A DNA stretch of 64,000 nt from an uncultured Acidobacteriota bacterium. Lineage in GTDB: Bacteria; Acidobacteriota; Polarisedimenticolia; J045. The notes under the pieces are model-generated. The model worked only from the letters and a program-made list of their open reading frames with translations, had not been told where the DNA came from and ran no database searches. Below are positions 47,825-57,708 of the stretch, one piece after another. The stretch is taken from NCBI GenBank assembly GCA_963702545.1, contig CAVPDB010000001.1:972-64971 (forward strand). The letters run 5' to 3'. A program made the translations under genes and the position numbers. The first letter of the stretch is position 1, and every line of letters starts with the position of its first letter.

Positions 47825-48040
47825 CGAGACCTCCTGGCCCGGGGGGAGGGACCGGGCCGTCACCGGTCGGGCCGGAGCGAGCGCAAGGGCCGATCCCTGC
47901 GGGCTCGCATCGGTCGCACCGCCACTGCTTTCATACGCACGGGGCGGGGCGAACGAACGAGCGATCGACACGGGAGGTCTGGTCCCCGATGGGAGGGGAC
48001 GGTCGGCACGCGGGAAGCGAGCGTTTCGCAGTCCGCGGCG

Positions 48041-48671
48041 CTAGAAGCTCCGCGCATAGTTGTACAGAAATGCGACCTTCTTGCAGTTCCTCACGGGGGC
48101 GACGAACCGGATCCGCTTCACCTCCGCGGCGGCCTGCTCGGCCAGCGTCGCGTCGCCGGTCGAGTTCTCGATCACCTTCGTCGAGACGACCGATCCGTCG
48201 GCGGCGACGTGCGCCTGGACCACCACGCGGCCACGCCCGGCGCCCGTCGTATCGAGGGAGAACGGCGGCGCGTCGAGAACCTGCGGGGCGGCGTCGGGGA
48301 GGCAGGGCTCCTCCTTGCGCGCGTAGCGGGAGGCAACCCAGCCCTCCGACCCGGACGGAAGCTGGACCCGGTACCAGTCGGGGCGCTCCTCCAGCAGCGT
48401 GAGCCGCTCCCCCTTCCGGACCTTGCCGACCACGGCGGCGCCGGCCGAGGGGCCGCCGCGCACGTTCAGCGTCGATCCGGTGACCCGCACGGTGACGGGG
48501 GGCGGCGGCGGGGGCGGTTCGGGTAGGCCGGACCGGCTCGACCACCTCGGGGGGCGCGGCCGGCGCGGGCGGTTGGGCTGGGGCGGCCGACCGACACCCC
48601 GCCGCGGCCAGGAGCACCGCCGCGGATCCCAGTCCCAGCACGATTCGGAGGGTGGCGTGGATGCTCGGCAC
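48041..48671 (-). CDS. Lipoprotein with SH3b domain and TonB-C-like C-terminal domain, apparent frameshift near 48515-48535
   Basis: Lipobox LLAAAGC in the frame of ORF 47931-48977. SH3b (TLNVRGGPSAGAAVVGKVRKGERLTLLEERPDWYRVQLPSGSEGWVASRY) and the C-terminal domain are in ORF 48041-48838. Confidence 0.65.
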
Positions 48672-48924
48672 GGCGACCTCCCGCCGGCAGGGTCCCGCCG
48701 GCGACGCGCGGATCGTAGCACCGCGGTCCCGGCACTCGGCGGCCGTGCGCGGCAGCGACTCCCGTCCGGCCCCGGCGTTCGCAGCGCGCACCCGACCGCT
48801 CGCCCCCCGCCGGCGACCGCCGGTCGGCGCATTGCCACCCTCGGGTCCCCTCTTTCGTATTACGGGCAACGGCCGGCGGCGGAACCGTCCGGCCAGGGCA
48901 GGCGCGCAACCCGCGGGAGGATCC

Positions 48925-50043
48925 ATGGGCAAGCTGATCAGGCTCCTCGTCATCCTGGTCGTGATCGGGGCCGGCATCGTCGGCGTCTACGCCTGGCTGC
49001 GCGGCAAGGACGGCGGCGGCGACGGGCTCAAGACGGTCGACATCGCGACCGGCGCGATCACCGAGAAGGCGATCGCGGTCGGCCAGATCAAACCGCGGCT
49101 CGAGTTCAAGGTGAAGTCGAAGATCTCCGGGCTGGTGAAGCGCTGCTTCGCCGAGGTCGGACAGGTCGTCCAGACGGGCGACCCGTTGTTCGAGATCGCG
49201 CCCGATCCGACCCCGACCGAACTGGTCCAGGTCGAGCGTGAAGTCGAGTCCCGCGGCACCGCGTACGATCGCGCGCAGGCCGACTACCGGCGGATCGAGG
49301 AGCTGCAGCGCCAGGGGATCGTGGCCCGCGGGGACCTCGACGCGGCGCGCGAGGATTTCGAAAGGACGCGGATCGAGCTGGCCCGCGCGCAGGACGCCCT
49401 GGCGCTGACGCGCAAGGGGCGGATCGAGGGGCGCGGCAGCGAGATGGAGTCGATCGTCCGCGCGCCGGCCGGCGGGGTCGTGCTGGCCCGCCAGGTCAAC
49501 CCGGGCGACCCGGTCGTGCCGCTGACCTCGTACCAGCCGGGGACCGAGCTGGCGACCGTCGCCGACATGCGGGACCTGATCTTCCAGGGGACGGTCGACG
49601 AGATCGACGTCGGCAAGCTGGGGGTCGGCGTGCTGGCGCGGATCAAGATCGGCGCGCTGCCGGACCAGGCGGTCACCGGACGGATCAGCCGGATCGCGCC
49701 GCAGGCCCGGGAAAAGGATGGCGCGCGGCTGTTCGACATCGAGCTGGAGCTGGATCCTTCGCCCGGGATCACGCTGCGCGCCGGCTACTCGGCCAACGCC
49801 GACCTGATCATCCGGGAGAAGACCGACGTGCTCCTGGTCCCCGAGCGGGTCGTGACTTTCGAGGACGGCGGGAAGAAGGCCTTCGTCGAGGTCCCCGGCG
49901 ACGCTCCGGGCGCCGAGCCGAAGAAGATCGAGATCGCGATCGGCCTCTCCGACGGGCTGAATGTCGAGGTCGTCTCCGGGCTCTCCAAGGGGGACAAGGT
50001 GGTCCAGCGTCCGCCCAAGGAGATCAGCGGACTCCCGGGCTAG
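48925..50043 (+). CDS. Efflux periplasmic adaptor (HlyD/MacA family)
   Basis: N-terminal TM, lipoyl-like GLVKRCFAEVGQVVQTGDPLFEI, coiled-coil hairpin and beta-barrel. Confidence 0.85.
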   Translation: MGKLIRLLVILVVIGAGIVGVYAWLRGKDGGGDGLKTVDIATGAITEKAIAVGQIKPRLEFKVKSKISGLVKRCFAEVGQVVQTGDPLFEIAPDPTPTELVQVEREVESRGTAYDRAQADYRRIEELQRQGIVARGDLDAAREDFERTRIELARAQDALALTRKGRIEGRGSEMESIVRAPAGGVVLARQVNPGDPVVPLTSYQPGTELATVADMRDLIFQGTVDEIDVGKLGVGVLARIKIGALPDQAVTGRISRIAPQAREKDGARLFDIELELDPSPGITLRAGYSANADLIIREKTDVLLVPERVVTFEDGGKKAFVEVPGDAPGAEPKKIEIAIGLSDGLNVEVVSGLSKGDKVVQRPPKEISGLPG

Positions 50044-50078
50044 CGGCGGCGGACGGCGCGCCGGGACGGGAGGGGCAA

Positions 50079-51305
50079 ATGGGCCTTTTGATCGGGATGC
50101 GGCAACTGGGGCGCGACCTGGCGAGCCAGAAGCTGCGGACCTTCCTGACCGCCTTCGGCATCGTCTGGGGCACCGCTGCGATCAGCCTGCTGCTGGCCTT
50201 CGGCGAGGGGTTCCACAAGCAGATCCTGGTCAACTCGGCGGGGCTGGGCGAGAACATCGTGATCGCCTTCCCGTCCTTGACCTCGATCCCGTTCGAGGGT
50301 CTGGGGAAGGGGCGGCGGATCCTGGTGGACGAGGAGGACATCGACCTGGTCGAGAAGCAGGCGGCGGGCCTGGCCGGGATCTCGGGCGAGTACGCCGACA
50401 CCTTCAAGCTGCTCTACAACGCGCGCACGCTGCCGGTCGACGTCTCCGGGGTCCGGCCGGTCTTCGGCGAGCTGCGCAACCTGATCCCGCAGGAGGGGGG
50501 CCGCTTCGTCAACGCCCTCGACGAGCTGGACAAGCGCCGCGTGATCTTCCTCGGCAACGAGCTGGCGAAGGAGATCTTCGGCTCGACCGAGCCGGTCGGG
50601 AAGACGGTGATGCTGCTCGGCTCGCCGTTCACCGTCGTCGGCGTGCTGCAGGAGAAGACGCAGGACTCGAGCTACAGCGGGCGGGACAAGGACAAGGCCT
50701 TCGTCCCCGGGGCGACCTTCCGCACCCTGACCGGCGCCAAGTACGTCGACAACCTGATTTTCAAGGCGACCGGCACCGCCGCCACCGAGGGGCTCAAGGC
50801 GGACGTGATCCGGGTCCTGGCCGGCCGCCACCGCTTCGACCCCAAGGACAAGGAAGCGCTCCAGATGTGGGACACGACGGAGGGCTTCAAGTTCATCGAC
50901 ACCTTCATGCTCGCCTTCCGCGCCTTCCTCGGGATCGTCGGCTCGCTCACGCTGATCGTCGGCGGGATCGGCGTATCGAACATCATGAACGTCGTGGTCG
51001 AGGAGCGGACCCGCGAGATCGGCATCAAGATGGCGCTGGGCGCCCGCGCCGGCTCGATCCTGCGCCAGTTCATGGCCGAGACGATGCTCATCACGATCTT
51101 CTCCGGGGCGGTCGGGCTGCTGCTGGCGGCGGGGATCTGCGCGGTCTTCCCGGAGGGGTTCCGCGAGTACGTCGGCAGGCCGGTGATCTCCTCCTCGGTC
51201 GGGCTGCTGACCGCGGGGCTGCTTGGCCTGATCGGCTTTCTCGCCGGCTATTTCCCGGCCCGCGACGCCTCGCGCCTCGACCCCGTCGTGGCGATGAAGC
51301 TCTAG
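50079..51305 (+). CDS. ABC transporter permease, MacB/FtsX type (permease 1)
   Basis: N-terminal TM, ~230-aa periplasmic domain, then 3 C-terminal TMs with EERTREIGIKMALGA. Confidence 0.85.
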   Translation: MGLLIGMRQLGRDLASQKLRTFLTAFGIVWGTAAISLLLAFGEGFHKQILVNSAGLGENIVIAFPSLTSIPFEGLGKGRRILVDEEDIDLVEKQAAGLAGISGEYADTFKLLYNARTLPVDVSGVRPVFGELRNLIPQEGGRFVNALDELDKRRVIFLGNELAKEIFGSTEPVGKTVMLLGSPFTVVGVLQEKTQDSSYSGRDKDKAFVPGATFRTLTGAKYVDNLIFKATGTAATEGLKADVIRVLAGRHRFDPKDKEALQMWDTTEGFKFIDTFMLAFRAFLGIVGSLTLIVGGIGVSNIMNVVVEERTREIGIKMALGARAGSILRQFMAETMLITIFSGAVGLLLAAGICAVFPEGFREYVGRPVISSSVGLLTAGLLGLIGFLAGYFPARDASRLDPVVAMKL

Positions 51306-51313
51306 GAGGGACG

Positions 51314-52564
51314 ATGCGCGCCGGGCTCGTCTTCCAGCTCTTCCTCGCCTCCTCGCGCGTGCAGAAGAAGCGCGCGGTCCTGACGATCGCCTCGATCGCC
51401 TGGGGCTCGGTCGCGCTGCTCCTGCTGCTGGCCTTCGGCGAGGGGCTCAAGCAGCAGCTCTCGCGCGGCAGCGCCGGGATGGGGACGAACCTCGCGGTGC
51501 TCTGGATGGGCGAGACCAGCCGGCCCTGGCAGGGGCTGCCGGCGGGCCGGGCGATCCGGCCGCGGGTCGACGACGTCAACCTGCTGCGCGAGCGGATCCC
51601 GGGGCTGGTCGGGATCGTGGCCGAGATGCGGAACTGGCGCAGCGCCTTCACCTACGGGACGAAGACCGTCAACGGGCGCGTGACCGGCTCTTCGCCGGAG
51701 TACGGCGAGCTGCGCAACTTCTACGCCCAGCCGGGCGGCCGCTTCATCGACGAGCTGGACGAGGCGTGCAAGCGCCGCGTCGTCTTCCTCGGCAACGAGC
51801 GGGCGCAGGAGATCTTCGGCGACGAGGACCCGGTCGGGAAGACGCTGCTGATCAACCAGACGCCGTTCACGGTGGTCGGGGTGATGAAGCGCAAGATCCA
51901 GATGGGGACCTACGGCGGGCCGGACGCCGAGAACGCCGTGATCCCGCTCTCGACCTACGTCGCGATGTTCGGCTCGGACCGGGTCGGGAACATCGTGCTC
52001 AAGCCCGAGCGCCCGGCGGAGATGCCGCGGGTGCTGGCCGACGTGCGCCGGATCCTGGGCGCCAAGTACGGCTTCGACCCGGCGGACGAGAAGGTCTTCC
52101 CGACCTGGGACACGGTCGAGAGCGGCTCGATCATGCGGAACATCCTGCTCGGGATCCAGATCTTCCTCGGCGTGATCGGCGGGCTGACGCTGATGATCGG
52201 CGGCGTCGGGGTGGCCAACATCATGTACGCCACGGTCAAGGAGCGGACCCGCGAGATCGGCGTGAAGATGGCGCTGGGCGCCCGGCCGTCGTGGATCGTC
52301 GCGCCGCTGGTGCTCGAGGGGCTGCTCTACACCGTGGTCGGGGGCGCGATCGGCCTCGTCCTGGGGATGGTCCTGATCGTGCTGATCGGGCTGATCCCGA
52401 CGGCCGGCAACGACGCGCTCGAGTTCCTGGGAAAGCCCACCCTGTCGCCGCTGATCGGCGTCGCGACCGCCGCGATCCTGGGGCTGGTCGGGCTGCTCGC
52501 GGCCTACTTCCCGGCGCGGCGCGCCGCGTCGGTCGATCCGGCGCAGACGCTGCGCTACGAGTGA
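51314..52564 (+). CDS. ABC transporter permease, MacB/FtsX type (permease 2)
   Basis: Same architecture as permease 1, with KERTREIGVKMALGA. ATG at 51314 after SD aggagg. Confidence 0.85.
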   Translation: MRAGLVFQLFLASSRVQKKRAVLTIASIAWGSVALLLLLAFGEGLKQQLSRGSAGMGTNLAVLWMGETSRPWQGLPAGRAIRPRVDDVNLLRERIPGLVGIVAEMRNWRSAFTYGTKTVNGRVTGSSPEYGELRNFYAQPGGRFIDELDEACKRRVVFLGNERAQEIFGDEDPVGKTLLINQTPFTVVGVMKRKIQMGTYGGPDAENAVIPLSTYVAMFGSDRVGNIVLKPERPAEMPRVLADVRRILGAKYGFDPADEKVFPTWDTVESGSIMRNILLGIQIFLGVIGGLTLMIGGVGVANIMYATVKERTREIGVKMALGARPSWIVAPLVLEGLLYTVVGGAIGLVLGMVLIVLIGLIPTAGNDALEFLGKPTLSPLIGVATAAILGLVGLLAAYFPARRAASVDPAQTLRYE

Positions 52565-52571
52565 GGCGACG

Positions 52572-53342
52572 ATGAGCGTCCTTCCGCGGCGCAGGAACGG
52601 CGAGATCCCGGCGGCCGACGGCGTCGTGATCCGCATGGCGGGGATCCGCAAGGTGTACGACACCGGCAAGGTCAAGGTGGAGGCGCTGCGCGGGATCGAC
52701 CTGGTGGTGCATCGCGGCGAGTTCGTCGCGGTGGTCGGGCCGTCGGGGTCGGGCAAGTCGACGCTGATGAACCTGGTCGGCTGCCTCGACACCCCGACCG
52801 CGGGGGAGTACGAGCTGTGCGGGCAGCCGATCTGGGCGCTCTCGCGCGACGGGCTGGCCGACGCCCGCAACCGGCGGGTGGGGTTCGTCTTCCAGAGCTT
52901 CAACCTGCTGCCCCAGATCACGGCCTTCGAGAACGTCGAGATGCCGCTGCTCTTCGGCGGGGTCGGGAAGAAGGAGCGCCGGGAGCGGGTGACCGACCTG
53001 TTGGCGCGGGTCGGCCTGGGCGACCGGATGGACCACCGGCCGACCGAGCTCTCGGGGGGGGAGATGCAGCGGGTGGCGATCGCCCGGGCGCTGTCGATGA
53101 ACCCCGACGTCGTGCTCGCCGACGAGCCGACCGGGAACCTCGATACCTCGTCGGGCGGTGACATCATGGGGCTGTTCGAGGAACTGTGGCGGCAGGGCCG
53201 GACCCTGGTCGTGATCACCCACGACAGGGCGCTGGCCCGCCGCGCCGGGCGGATCGTCGAGGTCCGGGACGGGCTGATCCTCCGGGACGAACCGACCGGA
53301 TCGGTTGCAACCCTTCAGGAGGCCCGGGCGTCTCACGGATGA
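52572..53342 (+). CDS. ABC transporter ATP-binding protein (MacB/LolD-like)
   Basis: [17 protein letters not shown] and [11 protein letters not shown]. Confidence 0.9.
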   Translation: MSVLPRRRNGEIPAADGVVIRMAGIRKVYDTGKVKVEALRGIDLVVHRGEFVAVVGPSGSGKSTLMNLVGCLDTPTAGEYELCGQPIWALSRDGLADARNRRVGFVFQSFNLLPQITAFENVEMPLLFGGVGKKERRERVTDLLARVGLGDRMDHRPTELSGGEMQRVAIARALSMNPDVVLADEPTGNLDTSSGGDIMGLFEELWRQGRTLVVITHDRALARRAGRIVEVRDGLILRDEPTGSVATLQEARASHG

Positions 53343-53364
53343 GAACCGAGGGAGGAGAACCACG

Positions 53365-54285
53365 ATGCGCGTTCACCGTTCGATCCTGGTGCTGGCCGGC
53401 GTCCTCGCCGGGCTGATGGCGGCGTCCGCGCTGGACGCCGGGGCCGAGACGAAGATCGAGAAGGAGTTCCCGCTGGCGGCCGGCGGGGCCTTCGTGCTGC
53501 AGACCGACGGCGGGCCGGTGGCCGTCAAGGGGACCGACCGGGCGACCGTCCGGATCGTGATCACCTCGCGGGCCGACGACGCGGAGAGCCTGTACGAGTT
53601 CAAGTACGAGACCACCCCTCAACTGGTGAAGCTGGTCGTCAAGCGCAAGGGGAGCGGGATCGGGTCCTGGTTCTCCGGGGGCCGCAACGACGGACTGGCG
53701 TTCGAAGTGGAACTGCCGCGGGGGGCGCGGTGCAACCTCGGGACGGCGGGGGGGCCGATCGCGGTCTCCGACATGCAGGCCGGGGTCGAGGCCGACACCT
53801 CCGGCGGGCCGATCGACCTGCGCCGCATCAAGGGGTCGGTCAGCGCCGACACTTCGGGCGGCCCGATCTCGATCGAGGACATCGACGGCAGCGTCGACGC
53901 CGACACCTCGGGCGGCCCGATCCGGATCAGCAAGGTGAGCGGCGACATCGCGGCCGACACTTCGGGCGGCGGGATCGACATCTCCGAGGCCGGCGGCAAG
54001 GTCACGGCCGATACGTCCGGCGGGCCGATCGCGGTGCGATTCGCGTCCGGCAACGGCAAGGGGGGCTCGCTCGAGTCCTCGGGCGGCGGGATCACGATCG
54101 CGGTCGACCCGGCCGCGAAGCTGACGCTCGACGCGGAGTCCAGCGGCGGCAGCGTGAGTTGCGACCTGCCGGTGACGGTGGTCGGCGACCGCGACCGGAG
54201 CGAGCTGCGCGGCGACCTGAACGGCGGCGGCGCGCTGCTGCGGGCCCGAACCTCGGGGGGTGGGATCCGGATCTCGGCGCGATAG
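53365..54285 (+). CDS. Secreted DUF4097-type beta-strand repeat protein
   Basis: Signal peptide, then six or more ~20-aa repeats of the form (A)DTSGGPI.....G.V. Confidence 0.7.
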   Translation: MRVHRSILVLAGVLAGLMAASALDAGAETKIEKEFPLAAGGAFVLQTDGGPVAVKGTDRATVRIVITSRADDAESLYEFKYETTPQLVKLVVKRKGSGIGSWFSGGRNDGLAFEVELPRGARCNLGTAGGPIAVSDMQAGVEADTSGGPIDLRRIKGSVSADTSGGPISIEDIDGSVDADTSGGPIRISKVSGDIAADTSGGGIDISEAGGKVTADTSGGPIAVRFASGNGKGGSLESSGGGITIAVDPAAKLTLDAESSGGSVSCDLPVTVVGDRDRSELRGDLNGGGALLRARTSGGGIRISAR

Positions 54286-54294
54286 GACACGGAA

Positions 54295-54380
54295 CGGGCC
54301 GGCACGGAGGCCGGCCCCTACGGACCGCGCACCCGTACCGGCCCGCATCCGGTCCCGTAGGGGCCGGCCTCGTGCCGGCC
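54295..54380. repeat. REP-like element cluster 3 (GGGCCGGC-ACGGAG-GCCGGCCCCTAC ... GTAGGGGCCGGC-CTCGT-GCCGGCCC)
   Basis: Same core as clusters 1 and 2, but the two units face each other tail-to-tail. It lies between DUF4097 and sufT. Confidence 0.8.
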
Positions 54381-54399
54381 CGCCCAGGCCGACCGGCCG

Positions 54400-54717
54400 T
54401 CACCAGATCCCGAGGATGTCCTTGACCTCGTCCGAGGCCATCACGGCCGGGTTCCAGGGCGGCTCCCAGACCAGTTCGACCTGCACGTTCTCGACCCCGG
54501 GGATCAGCGCCGTGACCTCGTGGATGGTGGACAGGATCATCGGGCCGAACGGGCAGCCGGGGGAAGTCAGGGTCATCTTGATCGTGACGTCCTTGCCGCC
54601 GTTGGCGATCTCGGCGTCGTAGACCAGTCCCAGGTCGACGACGCCCAGGCGCAGCTCCGGATCCTGGACCGGCTTGAGCGCCTCGAAAACCTGCTCGCGG
54701 GTGACGGTCTCGGTCAT
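54400..54717 (-). CDS. sufT: DUF59 Fe-S assembly protein (SufT-like)
   Basis: DPELRLGVVDLGLVY and LTSPGCP. Confidence 0.8.
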   Translation of the reverse strand: MTETVTREQVFEALKPVQDPELRLGVVDLGLVYDAEIANGGKDVTIKMTLTSPGCPFGPMILSTIHEVTALIPGVENVQVELVWEPPWNPAVMASDEVKDILGIW

Positions 54718-55151
54718 GTCGGCTCCACGCGGGACAGCGCCTGCTCGAGCGTCGTCCACGGCAGCAGCGCGCACTTGATGCGCACCGGGAAGTTCTTGAC
54801 CCCCTCCAGCACCTCGAGATCGCCCATCTCGACACCGTCGGCGGGGGCCTGGCCGGCCAGCATCGCCTTGAAACCGGCCGAGAGGCGGCGGGCCTCGGCG
54901 ACCGGCTTGCCGCGCAGCGCCTCGGCCAGCAGCGAGCCGGAAGCGACGCTGATCGAGCAGCCGCGGCTGCGGACCGAGAGGTCCCTGATCACGCCGCCCT
55001 CCACCGCCAGTTCGAGCGTCAGTTCGTCGCCGCAGAGCGGGTTGTACCCCTCCTCGCGGACGTCGGGGTGGGGCAGGGGGGCGGCCCCGCGCGGCGTCCG
55101 GTAGTGGTCGAGGATCACTTCGCGATACAGATCGTCTAGCTCAAGCGACAT
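54714..55151 (-). CDS. sufU: SUF system Fe-S scaffold SufU (NifU-like N-terminal domain)
   Basis: NPLCGD, GCSISVASGS and the third Cys in KCALLPW. Confidence 0.85.
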   Translation of the reverse strand: MSLELDDLYREVILDHYRTPRGAAPLPHPDVREEGYNPLCGDELTLELAVEGGVIRDLSVRSRGCSISVASGSLLAEALRGKPVAEARRLSAGFKAMLAGQAPADGVEMGDLEVLEGVKNFPVRIKCALLPWTTLEQALSRVEPT

Positions 55152-56433
55152 GTCCCAGGTACTCCCGAGCGTGCCGGATCGCCTGGACCAGGAGGTCGAC
55201 CTCGTCGCGCGTATTGTAGATCCCGAAGCTGGCTCGTGCGGTGGCCGGAACGCCCAGGCGGCGCGCCAGCGGCATCGCGCAGTGGTGGCCGGCCCGGACC
55301 GCGACGCCCTGGCGGTCGAGGATCGTCGCCATGTCGTGGGGGTGGACGTCGCGGTCGTAGAACGACGCCAGCGCGACCCGGTCCGCGGCGTCGCGCGGGC
55401 CGTAGACCCTCAGCGAGGGGACCTGCGACAGCTGCTCCAGCGCGTACTCCGCGAGGCACTCGGAGTGGATGCGGACCGACTCCATCCCGATCAGGTCGAG
55501 GTACTCGACCGTCGCGCCGAGGGCCACCGCGTCCGCGATGTTCGGCGTGCCGGCCTCGAAGCGGTGGGGCGGGCGGGCGAAGGTCGAGCCCTCCTGCGTC
55601 ACCCGGTCGATCATCTCGCCGCCGCCCAGGAAGGGGGGCATCGCCTCGGCCAGCGCTTCGGTCAGCACGAGGCAGCCGATCCCGGTCGGCCCGTACATCT
55701 TGTGGCCCGAGAAGACCATCGCGTCGCAGCCCAGCTCGCGGAAGCGGACCGGCATCTGCGGGACGGTCTGGGTCGCGTCGAGCGCGGTCAGCACGCCCGG
55801 GCTCGCGCTGCGGGCCTCGGCGAACAGCTCGGCCACCGGGTTGATCGTGCCCAGCACGTTCGAGGCGTGGATCAGCGAGACGACCTTCGTCCGCGGCGAG
55901 AGCAGGCGCCGGAAGGCCTCGCGGTCCAGCCGCCCCTCGTCGTCGATCGGCGCCCAGCGCACGACGATCCCGCGCTCCGTGGCCAGCATCTGCCAGGGCA
56001 CGATGTTGCTGTGGTGCTCCATCTCGCTGATCAGCACCTCGTCGCCGGGCGCGAGGTGCGCGCGGCCCCAGGCGTAGGCCAGGAGGTTCAGCCCCTCGGT
56101 CGCGTTGCGGGTGAAGACCAGCTCCTCCGGCCGGTGCGCGCCGACGAAGGCCGCCACGCAGCGCCGGGCCTGCTCGTAGAGGTCGGTCGCTTCCTCCGCC
56201 AGGGTGTGGATGCCGCGGTGCACGTTGGCGTTGTGGCGCTCGTAGTACTCGACCAGCGCGGCGATCGTGTGGCGCGGTTTCTGCGTCGTGGCGGCGTTGT
56301 CGAGGTAGACGATCGGCCGGCCGTGGACCTGGCGCGCCAGCACCGGAAAGTCGGCGCGGATCCGGGCCGCGTCGAAGTCCTTTCCGCAGTCCACCCGGCA
56401 GTTGAACGACGGGAGCGGGAAGCTGACGGACAT
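55141..56433 (-). CDS. sufS: Cysteine desulfurase SufS
   Basis: YLDNAATTQKP, SGHKMYGPTGIG (PLP Lys) and RAGHHCA (active-site Cys). ATG at 56433. Confidence 0.92.
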   Translation of the reverse strand: MSVSFPLPSFNCRVDCGKDFDAARIRADFPVLARQVHGRPIVYLDNAATTQKPRHTIAALVEYYERHNANVHRGIHTLAEEATDLYEQARRCVAAFVGAHRPEELVFTRNATEGLNLLAYAWGRAHLAPGDEVLISEMEHHSNIVPWQMLATERGIVVRWAPIDDEGRLDREAFRRLLSPRTKVVSLIHASNVLGTINPVAELFAEARSASPGVLTALDATQTVPQMPVRFRELGCDAMVFSGHKMYGPTGIGCLVLTEALAEAMPPFLGGGEMIDRVTQEGSTFARPPHRFEAGTPNIADAVALGATVEYLDLIGMESVRIHSECLAEYALEQLSQVPSLRVYGPRDAADRVALASFYDRDVHPHDMATILDRQGVAVRAGHHCAMPLARRLGVPATARASFGIYNTRDEVDLLVQAIRHAREYLGHVA

Positions 56434-56468
56434 CGACGGCTCCTTTCCGGGCGGCAGTGCCGCGCCGC

Positions 56469-57695
56469 CTACCGCGCCAGCCGGGCTTCGACCCGGCCGC
56501 GCACTTCCTCGCGCGCCCCATCGTCCGGGATCCGGGCCAGGAGCGGCTCGAAGAACCCGCCGACCACCATCCGCTCGGCTTCCGGCCGCGGCAGGCCGCG
56601 GGTCTCGAGGTAGAAGAGCTGATCCTCGTCGATCGGTCCGACGGTCGCGCCGTGGCTGGCCTTCACCTCGTCGGTCAGGATCTCCAGTTCGGGGATCGAG
56701 ACCGCGTGGGCCGTCTCGTGCAGCAGCAGGTTGCGGTTCTCCTGGAAGGCCTCGGAGTGGACCGCGTCGTGCGCGATCCGCAGCATGCCGGTGAAGGCCG
56801 AGCGCGCGCGGTCGCGCAGCGCGACCCGCAGGTCGAGCCGGCTGGCCGTCCGCGGCGCGAGGTGCTCGAGCACGGCGTGGTGGTCGAACTGCTGGCGGCC
56901 GGTCCCGAAGACGACCCCGCGAACCTCCGCGCACGCGCCCTCGCCGGCCAGTTCCACGGCCAGGTCGGACTTGGTCGCCGCGCCGCCGAACGCCGTGAAG
57001 ACGGCGTCCAGCGCGGCGCCACGGCCCAGCCGCACGCGCGTGGTCGTGGTCCCCGAGGCGCCGGAGGGGAGGTCCTGCAGCGTGACCAGGGTGAGCCGGG
57101 CGCCGTCTCCGACGACCCACTCCAGCGTGCGATGGACCAGCGGCGCGTCGGCCCCGGCCCCGTCGGCCGGCAGCTGCTCGTCGATGAAGACCGCTTCGGA
57201 GTCCGCGCCCAGGAGGCAGAGCGTGCGCGGCAGGACCACGCCGCTGCCGCCGTAGCGGCGCAGCCGGACGATCGGGCGGGTCAGGCGGACACCGGGCGGG
57301 ATCTCGACGAACAGGCCGCCGGTCCAAAGCGCGGCGTTGAGCGCGGCAAAGGGGCTCTCGTCGGCCGCGACCAGCCGGCCCAGGGCCGCCCGGACCGTCT
57401 CTGGCCGCTCCGCAGCGGCGCGCGAAAGGTCGATCGCGACCACCCCCGCCCGCTCGGCCTCGGGATCCAGCACGATCGCGCCGGGGTCGAAGGCCGCGGG
57501 CGCGAGCGGCCGGTCGCCCGGCATCAGCCGCGCGGCCTCGGCGTAGCGCCAGCGATGCAGCGCCCGGTCGGGCGGGGCTGCGCCGTCGAAGGCGCGGAAG
57601 GCCGCGGCGCGCGCCGCTCGCAGCCAGGCGGGCTCGCCGGCGGTCCACTCGTCGATCGTGAGCAGGCCCGGGTGGGCCAGAGCGTCGTTCGTCAC
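56469..57695 (-). CDS. sufD: Fe-S cluster assembly protein SufD
   Basis: 408 aa positioned between sufB and sufS. The C-terminal beta-helix region has the conserved EAERMVVGGF-like tail. Confidence 0.85.
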   Translation of the reverse strand: MTNDALAHPGLLTIDEWTAGEPAWLRAARAAAFRAFDGAAPPDRALHRWRYAEAARLMPGDRPLAPAAFDPGAIVLDPEAERAGVVAIDLSRAAAERPETVRAALGRLVAADESPFAALNAALWTGGLFVEIPPGVRLTRPIVRLRRYGGSGVVLPRTLCLLGADSEAVFIDEQLPADGAGADAPLVHRTLEWVVGDGARLTLVTLQDLPSGASGTTTTRVRLGRGAALDAVFTAFGGAATKSDLAVELAGEGACAEVRGVVFGTGRQQFDHHAVLEHLAPRTASRLDLRVALRDRARSAFTGMLRIAHDAVHSEAFQENRNLLLHETAHAVSIPELEILTDEVKASHGATVGPIDEDQLFYLETRGLPRPEAERMVVGGFFEPLLARIPDDGAREEVRGRVEARLAR

Positions 57696-57708
57696 GGGTC
57701 CCTCCGGC

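Noticed and set aside
47239-48040. Genomic island or prophage integrated at tRNA-Pro
   Set aside because: Only one small secreted-protein gene follows the tRNA. I noticed no integrase, no direct repeat of the tRNA 3' end, and no other mobile genes.
53790-54040. Tandem 60-nt DNA repeats in the DUF4097 gene as a mobile or hypervariable element
   Set aside because: The units are diverged at the DNA level and correspond to ordinary beta-strand protein repeats (ADTSGGPI...).
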